Source: Epithemia pelagica (taxonomy: Eukaryota; Protista; Bacillariophyta). Taken from it: 64,000 bases of DNA. The notes beneath the pieces were generated by a model, which was not told where the DNA came from, ran no database searches, and worked only from the letters and a program-made list of their open reading frames with translations. The position numbers were made by a program, and so were the translations under genes. Shown one piece after another: positions 1-9,856 of this stretch; the stretch's first letter is position 1, and every line of letters begins with the position of its first letter. Location: positions 1,488,001 through 1,552,000 of the forward strand of contig OX337236.1 in assembly GCA_946965045.2 (NCBI GenBank). Direction: 5' to 3'.

Positions 1-328
1 GACTCTGACCAAAAATTTGTGTAAGACCATTGCCGAGGTGATGGAGAAGAATGACAAAGAAAACGGATACAATCGCACTTACAGCTACAACACTCCTGAC
101 TTGGATCACACCGGCAATATTCCTCGCCCTTTGGATAATCTGTTTCAAGATGAAGAAGTCAATGCTCTTGTTCAAAACTACTTCGAACTCGGTGATGACA
201 ATGATCTGTTCACCTATCTTGGTGGCGAAGACGATGGTGTGGCAGACCAGGCTTTTTCGCGTGATGAATACGGCATGTACTCCAGACTCCAGAAGTGCAG
301 TGAATCGCTGGAAATACCCGACTGGTAG
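1..328 (+). CDS. 3' end of an unidentified protein-coding gene entering from the left edge
   Basis: Frame is open from base 2 (TLTKNLCKTIAE...) to TAG at 326-328. Composition is acidic and protein-like; no motif recognised. Confidence 0.5.
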   Translation, partial: TLTKNLCKTIAEVMEKNDKENGYNRTYSYNTPDLDHTGNIPRPLDNLFQDEEVNALVQNYFELGDDNDLFTYLGGEDDGVADQAFSRDEYGMYSRLQKCSESLEIPDW

Positions 329-407
329 GCTCCAAGACAACAAAGTCGACGAGAAGGAGTCCGAAGAAACGACCCCTGAGAATTGAGCGATTGTGATATG
401 TGTACTG

Positions 408-1001
408 AAATACAATATGAGTGCCAATCGAGAGATATAAGGGCTTCTGCTTTTATCGTATACCAATATGCTATTATCAATACCACATGCATCCTGGTCA
501 GCAGAACGAACGAAGAAAAACAAAATTCATAATATATGCTTTCCTAGTCAATTTATAATTCTTTGTTGCTGTATGATGAGAATATGAATTTAACTCTGCC
601 GTTGTAGCGATTCATGCCCGTTATCGAACACAGCAATTCTCTCTAACGTCTTGCTACCTGTTCCTACGAGCTTTCAAACAAAAAGTCTTGTTTCAGTCAT
701 TCCAGAACGGTTGGGCGTCTTACATTACTACTAGAGATTCGTCAAGGGTAAGTCCCCACTCACATTTTACGCGGTTGGAGGTGCACCTCCAAATCATACC
801 ATGACTGACCATTAAAATATTCATTGCTATATCATTGCCATATATATTTAACCGTTTCATCAACCGCCATGTTTGCTCAATTGTACTTTTTACTCTAGTG
901 TCCGTCCGTTTTCGGAACAGCTGGTCTTTCTGGAAATTCCCACCCCAGACCCCAAGCCTTCCGGCCCACCCGTCCCGTTCATACTGAACTCAGACGAACA
1001 A
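408..1001 (+). repeat. 594-bp dispersed direct repeat, copy 1
   Basis: AAATACAATATGAGTGCC...CAGACGAACAA matches 42139-42732; five substitutions seen by eye. Confidence 0.95.
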
Positions 1002-1119
1002 TCCACCTCGCGCGTCGTTTCTCTTGTAAAGCAGACTGTAAGGCTGAGATTGCTCTATTGTTTATTCTTCTATTCTAAATCTGGGACATGATTCGGGTAT
1101 GCATCAGGTGAGGGCAAGG

Positions 1120-2385
1120 CTACAAGGCTAGTAGCGATGGCTCCAATCGACCTTCTTCATGTGCCAGTCTCAGTTTGGACAGTGCTTTTTGACAAAGCCG
1201 TCTTCCATATTCAGCAGAAACCTGCATTCTCTTTCCGACCTCATCAAAACTCATTGCTTCTCCCCATTTGCCACGAGTTGCCACTTTAGGAAAGGAGGAA
1301 GTTGACACCTGATCGTTCTTCTCGGCATCATGGTCATTCGTCAACCCGTACCTCCAACTTAAAGCCTCGGCTTCCTTGGGTCTGAGAAATTTGCCCAGTT
1401 CTCTTCTTAACAGTTCCGAATCAATCGATGACGAGGACAACGAGGTCAATGAAGATGTCATCTGAACATCGGATTCGAGATCTTTACCTTGTTGCATCCA
1501 CGTCTCAAAGGACAACATGCCTCCTCTTCTTCGTCGTCTCTGTACTTGCATCGCTCGTGCCAGCTGCGCTTCCGAAAGTCCAGCGGCTTCGGCCAACTCT
1601 CGGGCTTCTTTCGCTTCCATCCAGGCCTTTTCGTCGCCAAAAGCATCGCCATCCACTGAAAGGCCCAATGTTTTGGATGCCATGGCTAATTTGTTGACGG
1701 CTGTCGTCACATGTGCCGGTACACGCACCAAATCGTCACGTTCGGCGATACAACGGAGGACGGCAGCTCTGATCCAATATACTGCATAGGTCGAAAATCG
1801 GCCTCCAATCTCAGGATTCCAACGATCCACTGCTCGGCTCAGTCCAATAGCGCCTTCTTGAACCAGATCGTCAATACTCAAACTTTGCAAGCTTCGCTTC
1901 TTGTGTTTTGGTGTTCCCACAACGTCTTTAACGACGTAGTACACAAGACCCATGTTCCGTGTGATCAGAGACTCTCGTGCTTTATGGCCAGCGTCCAAGG
2001 CAGATTCGTACGCGTCCAAATCTTCCCCATACCCTGACGCTTCACATATCATCAATCTTGGAAGAGACTGTTTCCCCAATTTCGCAAGTTCGTCATGCTC
2101 GACCTGCTTGAGTCGTCGCAATTCCACAGCGTCCCCCAACAATCGTAGTTGTTCTTCATTCGACGGGTATTTTTGGTGCCGTGCCATGTTCAGCTTTTCT
2201 GAAACCAAATCAATGTCCTTGGAAGCGTCCGTAGAAGATGCCATTAATCCGTACTGTTTAAAATGGCTTCTTGTTGTTCTCCAGGGCGTCATTCTTGACA
2301 CAAAAGCTGTAACTTGGCCATCGTGGCCTGCTAGTGCGAAGATGAAAAAGAAGGCAGCGAGAAGGGGATTGCTTGGTAATGCCAT
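1120..2385 (-). CDS. Nuclear-encoded, plastid-targeted sigma-70 family RNA polymerase sigma factor
   Basis: Region 2 motifs LITRNMGLV, DDLVQEGAIGLSRAVDRW, RFSTYAVYWIR; region 4 HTH MSFDEVGKRMQVSAEYGRRLCQKALSKLR. N-terminal signal peptide ends VTA-F. Confidence 0.92.
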   Translation of the reverse strand: MALPSNPLLAAFFFIFALAGHDGQVTAFVSRMTPWRTTRSHFKQYGLMASSTDASKDIDLVSEKLNMARHQKYPSNEEQLRLLGDAVELRRLKQVEHDELAKLGKQSLPRLMICEASGYGEDLDAYESALDAGHKARESLITRNMGLVYYVVKDVVGTPKHKKRSLQSLSIDDLVQEGAIGLSRAVDRWNPEIGGRFSTYAVYWIRAAVLRCIAERDDLVRVPAHVTTAVNKLAMASKTLGLSVDGDAFGDEKAWMEAKEARELAEAAGLSEAQLARAMQVQRRRRRGGMLSFETWMQQGKDLESDVQMTSSLTSLSSSSIDSELLRRELGKFLRPKEAEALSWRYGLTNDHDAEKNDQVSTSSFPKVATRGKWGEAMSFDEVGKRMQVSAEYGRRLCQKALSKLRLAHEEGRLEPSLLAL

Positions 2386-3148
2386 GTTAAAACTCTGTTT
2401 GTATTGGTAATTGTGTGCACATACGATGGTTTACGATCCGTGAACATGGAGTGAACAACTAAGTATTAGTAGGTGTTCGGTTGCAGTGATGCTTCATTTT
2501 GCTGATCCAGAAACTGTTCTCATGTTGCTGCTGATGTGTCATGTTGTGTCGCAAGTCGCCCGAGTCACTCTGCCCTCATTCCCGTATCGCTAGTACACTA
2601 CAAGGCATAGTCAGTTCCAAAAAATTGTTCAGTTATTACAGTTTGTAAGCAGTCAGCTGAGTGCCAGCACAGAGCACAGAGCACAGACTACCGACACCGA
2701 TAACTGACGGGATGACTCTATCAAAGTCAAGAACGGACATCTTTAACTGACGTATTTAACTTACATAGGTCGGTAGTAGCATTAGACATGTCAGTGGTCT
2801 CTGTTCTCTCTTCCAGGTAGACAGGCTACCTTTGGAACCAGACCATGGATCCCACTTCCCACATTTCTTTGCCTGAGCCAAAAAGCAATGGTGGTTCGAT
2901 TCGACAAGATTGGCAGGCACTTTGTCTGCCACTGGTTGCTCTCCTGTTTTAATGTCGCGCACTTATAGGCGGATGTCGTCACCATGTAGCCGTCCTATCA
3001 TATGGAGAGGGAAATCATGGACAAGAGATGAATAAGATTGATGTTGCTCCTATGAGGGAAGAACTGAAACAATTGTCGACTTTCTGCTATTCCCCTTAAG
3101 GGAACTCTGTTCAAACTACGTTAAAGTGGTTGCTTTTGGAGCCTGCTC

Positions 3149-4168
3149 TTACTTCTCTGACACATCCAGTTTTGTCCGGCTTGTTTTTCTAGTGGGAGAC
3201 CGAGTACTTTTGCTGTTGCCAGCACTTGCACCGGCTTGCTTCTGTTGCAGCCTTCTTCGTTCACTCAGTTGGAATGCTGGTGGCAAAGTGCTGAGGTACG
3301 CTTCACATTCGGGTGTGCCGTACTGTATACCAGCGCTACCACCATATTTCCTTGGCCGAACATGCTCTAGAGACGTTCTTCGTGTCTGTTTCGTCTGGGA
3401 TTTGTTTTGTTGACCTCCTGCCCATAAACTCCACTTTTCTTCGCTTACTGGACTCGCACTGCCGCAAGCCGAGCTTCTTCGAGAAACATGAGTAGCATGA
3501 GAAACGCTTTCTTCGGCGTCCAATCCACCGCCCATTGCAGAGTTGAACGATCTTGTGGATTCCTCTTTTCGCATCAAGCTTTTTCGGATACGATTCTGTG
3601 TAGTGTCGTTCTTGTCTCCGTTATAAGTTACTTCAAAGCCTCCTTCCTCTTGATCTTGCTTCTCCGAATGCTTCTTTTTCGTAGAAGATTTCTTCTTTTT
3701 CGTTGCAGCCTTGGTATCAGCTTTCTTATCAGTCTTTTGTTCCGTTTTCTTGTCATGTTTCTTCTTCTCCGACTTCTTGGTCGTCTTCGATTCTGGCTTT
3801 GAATCCGACATCTGGTCGTCTTCAGCATCCCATTCATCGCCATCGAAATCAAAATCGTTTGCCATTCCAAAGCTTCCGTCTCCAAGACTACTCGTATCGT
3901 CTCCAGGAACAGCCCATGCTGGATCGATTGTGCTGCTACTTCCAAGCTCCTCTGTTCTTGCCGTAGAGGTTTCTACTTGCTTAGGTGTAGCTTCTGTATC
4001 TGTTTTATCAGATACTTTGAGCTTTCTGGAGCTGCCTGTCCTACGAGTAGACTTGCGTTCGCCCGATGACTTGGACTTGGTTCCATTCTTGCCACTACGC
4101 GAGGCAGCTGCTTCATTCTCGCGAATCGTTTCCTCGAAACATGACAAGGCGGCGCTTACTTGGCTCAT
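3149..4168 (-). CDS. Hypothetical low-complexity Lys/Ser/Asp-rich protein (339 aa)
   Basis: ATG-started 1 kb ORF with disordered composition; no domain recognised. Confidence 0.65.
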   Translation of the reverse strand: MSQVSAALSCFEETIRENEAAASRSGKNGTKSKSSGERKSTRRTGSSRKLKVSDKTDTEATPKQVETSTARTEELGSSSTIDPAWAVPGDDTSSLGDGSFGMANDFDFDGDEWDAEDDQMSDSKPESKTTKKSEKKKHDKKTEQKTDKKADTKAATKKKKSSTKKKHSEKQDQEEGGFEVTYNGDKNDTTQNRIRKSLMRKEESTRSFNSAMGGGLDAEESVSHATHVSRRSSACGSASPVSEEKWSLWAGGQQNKSQTKQTRRTSLEHVRPRKYGGSAGIQYGTPECEAYLSTLPPAFQLSERRRLQQKQAGASAGNSKSTRSPTRKTSRTKLDVSEK

Positions 4169-4775
4169 CGTGTTGGTTTGAGATCCTGTATTTTCTCAAT
4201 CGGTTGTATGGGAGACACAAGGGGGTGTGAAGTTGGACGCTATTATTTTTTTTGTTTCGTGTATGTTTGTCAGAATTTTTGTATCATGCGATCAATGTCG
4301 GGTTGGTGTTCCCGTTCGGCGCCTACCGCCTACGTTACTCCGAATGATCGGACAGGAAGAGGTACATCAATTACAGTCTGTTCCATGGGAGAGCAAACCA
4401 GGGATGCAATAAGCATATGTAAGATGTAAGTATAATGTGAGATGCAGTCTCTGATTTTTGCGATTGCCGCTTTGACGAGCAACTACGAGCACGAGTACAA
4501 TCCATAGCTCTACGAGTATGGATGACTCCATGACTCGGAAGCTCATAATTATTTACAACTCATCGTCCGTCCGATTATCGGAACAGTTATTAAGCATTAT
4601 TGCGGTCAAATGGAAGACTTATCAGGGAGATGGGGAGCGCAATTTGCTCTATTCCCTACCATTATCAAAGGCTTCACAAAGTCACGAGTAGCAGAACCAG
4701 TGCGAGTGGCCGTACCAGCTCGTACACTATAAAAACGGCTTTGGGCTTTGACCTTTGACATCTAAACTACGAGTA

Positions 4776-6488
4776 CGAGCTCCATCAATCGATATGGGTA
4801 ACCGTAGTGGCCCGTGCTTTTCATACCCCCACTGTTTTTTCTACAGTGATTCTAACTTCGTAGGGACACCACTACGGTCATTTTGCACTGCGTAACACCA
4901 CCATGACACACTCAAGCCGGTGTGCACCTCCAACGAAAGGTGCCAGCTCTCTTGCGACCATCAAGGATGCCTAAGAATCAAGTGTACCGTGAGGGAATGG
5001 GCGGGCAGGGATGAGTTGGCTTTTTTTATGGACCGACGGCAAGGTTTTGAAGTCTTCCTTATTTGGCATCCGAAACAGAGGAAGTGACCTTGAGAAGAAG
5101 ACGACGACAACCGATAGAATGCATCCAGCAAGTCACCGATCATACGTCCGCATGCAGCAATCATTTCCTCGTCACTTAATAGACCGAGCACAACATTGGA
5201 AAGCCTCGACCGTTGGTGGCTCAAACGCAACAAAAGCTGATTTGTCCAGACAAAACAAACGTGAACCGTGGGTGGAAGGACTGCTTCTACTGCGACAGAC
5301 GATGGTGGTGCCGGTGGTGCGGCTGATTCCCACAGCACAATTTGAGTGGAAGAAGGAGGGGATGCCGTGAAGCTGATGGGCGGTGGTCGAAGAGCCTTGC
5401 GAGTCGACAACACTCGGCAACAACAACAACAACCCAAAACCCAAACACAACAATCAACTACTCACTCCTCGCTGCCACCGAACGAACAACAACAACACTC
5501 GGCAACAACACTCGACAACGACACTCGGCGGCAAGACTCGGCGACAAGATGGTGTGGTCGTCCTCCTTCTTCTACCGTGCGACGAAACAATCAACTCCTC
5601 GTCTTTTCGTTGCCCTCACCCAACAAATCGAAGCCTCGTCCACTGGTGGTAACAAGCGACGACAACGACAACCACAAGCGGCTCAACTACAAATGGCGAA
5701 ACAATCGGCGACGATGTCACAGCTGATCGATCGAATGAACGAACGAACGAAAGAACGAATGAACGACAACAACAACACTCGGCGACAACAAAAATCCAAA
5801 CACAACAATCAACTACTCACCGCCACTGATCGAACGAACGAACGAATGAACAAACAACAACAAAACCAACACTCGGCAACAACAACAACAACAACAACAA
5901 CCCCCACGCAACAATCAACTATTCGCTGTCACCGAACCCTCTGCCCGAGACTGTGCCCTTCAACAACAGCAAGCGGTGACAACGACAAGCGACGACAACG
6001 GCATGCGACAAGACAGCAAGCGGCAACAACGACAAGCGGCGACAACGACAAGCGACGACAGCGACATCCGACGACAATGACATACTCAACAATCAACTGC
6101 TCGTTTCGGCCAAAAGACAAAACATTCGGCGACCACGGCACGGCAACAGCACCATACTCAACACCGAAACGATTGCCTATTGTACGACCTACGACACAGA
6201 GAAGCATGTACTAAGCTAGATAGATGTTCTGTACTAGTAGCTGTTTACATGCATACTCGTAGATGAGGCGGGTTGATTATTGTGCTAGCGCCGCCTCACC
6301 ATGGTGATGGTGTGGGTGCAGTTGGTGAGAAGAATCTCGCAACAAAATGTGCAAGAGCATGAGGGCAATTCATTTTACTTTAGGAAAATGTATGGTGTAG
6401 TGAATCTCGTAGGGCCGGAAGTTCAACCGAGTATCGGAAACGTGAAGCACGGGCCACTACGGTAACCCATATCGATTGATGGAGCTCG
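4776..6488. mobile_element. Non-autonomous TIR element, Tc1/mariner-like by TA TSD, with low-complexity CAA/GAC interior
   Basis: 4774-4819 and 6445-6490 are inverted repeats matching at 45/46 positions including the outer TA. No transposase ORF inside. Confidence 0.8.
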
Positions 6489-7338
6489 TAATATCACATA
6501 TCAAAATCTTCTGTCTGAAGTTCGAAGCTTTGGCCCCGAGACTGGAGATGGAGACCTAGAACTGTCAGCCATCTCAGACGCTTGCCAAATGGTTGGTCTC
6601 CCAGGGAAATCGAAACGCCACTGGCCATGAAGTTTGCCTCCGAATCCGAAGGATGAGTTGCTCCTCCATGCCATCCGTGGACGCCCTTTCTGAAGGCACG
6701 AAAAATCTCACGGGTTTGTTCATTCGCTCGTTTGCAGTACTTTTCATTCATTTAGTTATCGTCTTTTTTTGTAAAAGCTGGTGCTCGAGATGTCACAACG
6801 AAGTGGCATCTTTCATCCTTCTCGGGTCTCAAGTTTATCGGCTCGAGGACAAGAGGATCCTATATCATGATACTAGGGGTCTTACCACAGTTTAAGCTGT
6901 AAATGATTGTGGAAGTGCATCCATGGATGAAGGTCTACAAAGAAAGAACCTGTTTGAACTCAAGGGAGACACCGGCATGTTCTACATGCGACAAGCGTTC
7001 CATGTCTCACAGGGCGATCCCGGCCTACATTCGTATTTCGTAACTTCTACTTCTATCTGCCCCTCCATCCAACTATCTATCATCTTTCGTTTTCTCGTAC
7101 TTCTATGGTCGACAGGAACCTTCGTACAAGTTGTAGATCGTGGACTCCATTCTTTGCCAATTGCCAGAGTTGCATTCTCGTTACAACCACTGTTCAGCGG
7201 ATATCTTTGCATAAGCCCAAGTTTTGAAAGTTGGTTGGGTACATGACTGGTCATCTTTAGCCTCATTTTTTGTTTTGTGGCTTGTCGCGAGTAAGCTAGG
7301 AAGTCTATCCTGTGTGGTGTTACGCCCGATCTCCATAA

Positions 7339-8130
7339 GGCTATCTCCACCCGGGGCCGCTAAAGGTCCAAAAACCGCTATCGAACGCCATCTCCTCTAA
7401 CCGCTAAACAGCTTCGCTATCCGCATTTTTGCCGCTATTTTTTGGGGCCCCGAATAGCGGGGAAAATAGCGGATAGCGGAGCAAAATATAGCCGTCGGCA
7501 TAAATAAATTAACGTCTGCTGCCAACAGTTTCTCTCGTGTCGAAAACATGACAATGGCACGTATTGATTTGTGACGATCGCTTACCATCTCTTTTTCCAT
7601 TGTTGTGTTCCCTACTTCCTACAATGGGACAAGAACCATGCACAGCAAGACGATTCGAGGATCACGGATCGGAAGGAATGCAACAATCAAACAAATGCAT
7701 CATTCAAACTATTGATGTGTTCGATTATCAGACAATCAATCGGAAATCGGACAGGGAATACAATAGGACGATTGGACTGCAACCTACAACCTACATCTAC
7801 ATTGGCCATGAACAACAACATGATTCACCATGACAGTCAACAATGAAGAGGGAGAACAACGAGTCCTCCATCTTTGGTTTATGCTTTGTGCTCTCGTCTC
7901 TCGTTGATTGTCTTGTTTGAATTCCGCAACTTCTGCGGCCGCACCCCTTTTTAACCGAAACAAGAGAGGGCATATGCGCAATGCGTACGCGCAACGCGAG
8001 ATAGCGGCGTTCTTTTGACGGAGATCGTGGAGTTTATTTCCCTTTGGCTCCGCTAATCCGCTATCCGGATAGCGAGGCCAATCAGAAAGCCCCAATACGT
8101 CAGCATAGCGGGGCTCGGGTGGAGATAGCC
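7339..8130. mobile_element. PIF/Harbinger (Tourist-like) MITE, 792 bp
   Basis: Perfect 15-bp TIRs GGCTATCTCCACCCG (7339-7353) and CGGGTGGAGATAGCC (8116-8130). TAA TSD at 7336-7338 and 8131-8133. About ten subterminal CCGCTA/TAGCGG motifs. Confidence 0.88.
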
Positions 8131-8488
8131 TAAGGACCCCAACTCCTGCTCCCCTAGGACTAATTTGGTCCAAGAACTCGAGGAGTATGATGAAGAAATC
8201 AAAAGACACTCTGATAACTTAGACCATGTTTTCAAAAAGGAGCCAAAATCAAGAGCGAAAAGAGAAGCGGAAGATGTTTCTTCGTCGGTTGTGTATTCAG
8301 GGTGAAGATTTCCCAACAACCATCGCTTGGATAGAAAGGGATAAGCAAGAACTCCATTAAAAACTCAGTATATATCATATCTGGCCAAACTCATTGAGAA
8401 GTTTGATTTCAAGTCACAGATTGCCATCTAATCTGGAACCACGATCAATCAGACATCGTTGACGCCGAATAGACGGTTTTCCCCTTCA

Positions 8489-9625
8489 TTAATTCACCAA
8501 AACTGTGGAGTTCAGCCGCTCAAGTCTTGCTTGAGCTTCTCTCATGTTAACTTTAACTGTCCGGACTTTGCCAGTAAGTTGGACAAGCCCTGCTTTTGCT
8601 CCTGGTGGTTTGATGATATCCCGGCATTGAGTCATGGACACCGGGACGACAGGACTACCACTGGCTTTTGACTGCTTGGCTGCTAGAGCCGCCGCGTCCA
8701 TGACAACTTCTTCAGGCAAGGACGGTCTTCCGTCGCTGCGAATGACCACATGACTGCCGGGACATCCCGCAGCGTGCATCCAGAAATCACTTCCATCACG
8801 GTGTTGTGGTGACATGGTGAGTATGTCATTGTCTTCTGCTTTCTTTCCCACTCGAATTTCAATATTTTCAAAGGAGTAGTACCTCCGATAAGGGAGTCTG
8901 TGTGGCTCACTTGACCGTGGACCCTTCTTCTTGGGTGGACCTCTTTCCGGTCGTGACGGTGGCTTGTCATCCAATCCCAAATCAATCGCAAGCTCAGCCG
9001 CTTTTTTCGGTAGAACAATGCTACCCTTTTTTGCTTTGATCTCACCCAAAATAGTTTCAAGCGCGTTGAGAGATTGCAGCCGATTCTTCAATTCCTGAAG
9101 ATCCGATTCCAAGGCATCGACATTGGGGCATTTTTCGAGGTCTTCCAATAGTGCGTTTGGGTTTGTGCTCAACTCTTCGACCACTACTTTTGCTTTTTCC
9201 AAGCGCTCATGGGCCTTCCCGACCTTTTTGTGACATCTCATTAGTTGTCGCTGGACTTCTTTCTTCAGACCTCCCATGTTCCACTCGCTATCAATCGTCT
9301 TGGAAAGCTCTGTCTCTTGCACGTCTCCAGAAGCGGTCATAAACATCGAACGGGAGCGGCTACTGTGATCACGGCCAGTCCACTGCCAATCTTCCAATCT
9401 TTTCACAAGGCTGCAAGATATGATACGGGTCGCCCATTGATGCCGATTGCAACGATGGTTGGTAAGAAAACGTTTCGTCAGACGTGCATCGGCTTGGAAC
9501 AATGCACGTTCGCCAGCTCTAAAAAGCGGTGCGAAGCCCTCGACGCTGGCGATCAAAAGAAAAGCCATCACGAACCAATACATCGAACTGATTGGTCTCG
9601 GAGCGACGAACCGCGAAGCTGCCAT
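8489..9625 (-). CDS. NFACT RNA-binding (DUF814-type) domain protein, probably plastid-targeted
   Basis: C-terminal IRVGKKAEDNDILT...DFWMHAAGCPGSHVVIR...DAAALAAKQSK motif; central coiled coil; signal peptide with VEG-FAP. First in-frame ATG at 9625. Confidence 0.85.
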   Translation of the reverse strand: MAASRFVAPRPISSMYWFVMAFLLIASVEGFAPLFRAGERALFQADARLTKRFLTNHRCNRHQWATRIISCSLVKRLEDWQWTGRDHSSRSRSMFMTASGDVQETELSKTIDSEWNMGGLKKEVQRQLMRCHKKVGKAHERLEKAKVVVEELSTNPNALLEDLEKCPNVDALESDLQELKNRLQSLNALETILGEIKAKKGSIVLPKKAAELAIDLGLDDKPPSRPERGPPKKKGPRSSEPHRLPYRRYYSFENIEIRVGKKAEDNDILTMSPQHRDGSDFWMHAAGCPGSHVVIRSDGRPSLPEEVVMDAAALAAKQSKASGSPVVPVSMTQCRDIIKPPGAKAGLVQLTGKVRTVKVNMREAQARLERLNSTVLVN

Positions 9626-9856
9626 GGTGATCCAAGGAGTGCTGACCAACGATGCCGACGGCCAACAAAGAACTCCGCTCACGCTAGAGGATTTTGTGAC
9701 GTCATCTGAGGTGTCAAACGCGGTTAGAGGTTAGAGGGTTAGGGAGGATCAAAAGGACTATCATGGGAGAAAGACGTAGCCTATGATCCGTTGACAATCG
9801 TAGGAGTAATTCGATACTGTTTTTTGTGAAACAAAGATAGAAACAATGAAAGGTCA

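Noticed and set aside
1120-2385. Bacterial contamination or recent HGT suggested by a sigma-70 gene
   Set aside because: It has a bipartite plastid presequence and intron-containing eukaryotic neighbours; nuclear-encoded plastid sigma factors are normal in algae.
2756-2985. Small minus-strand ORFs
   Set aside because: Short, non-ATG or stop-interrupted, with no recognisable motif.
5342-6214. 290-aa ORF inside the TA-TSD element as a transposase
   Set aside because: Low-complexity T/Q/N/R translation of CAA/GAC repeats; no DDE or HTH motifs.
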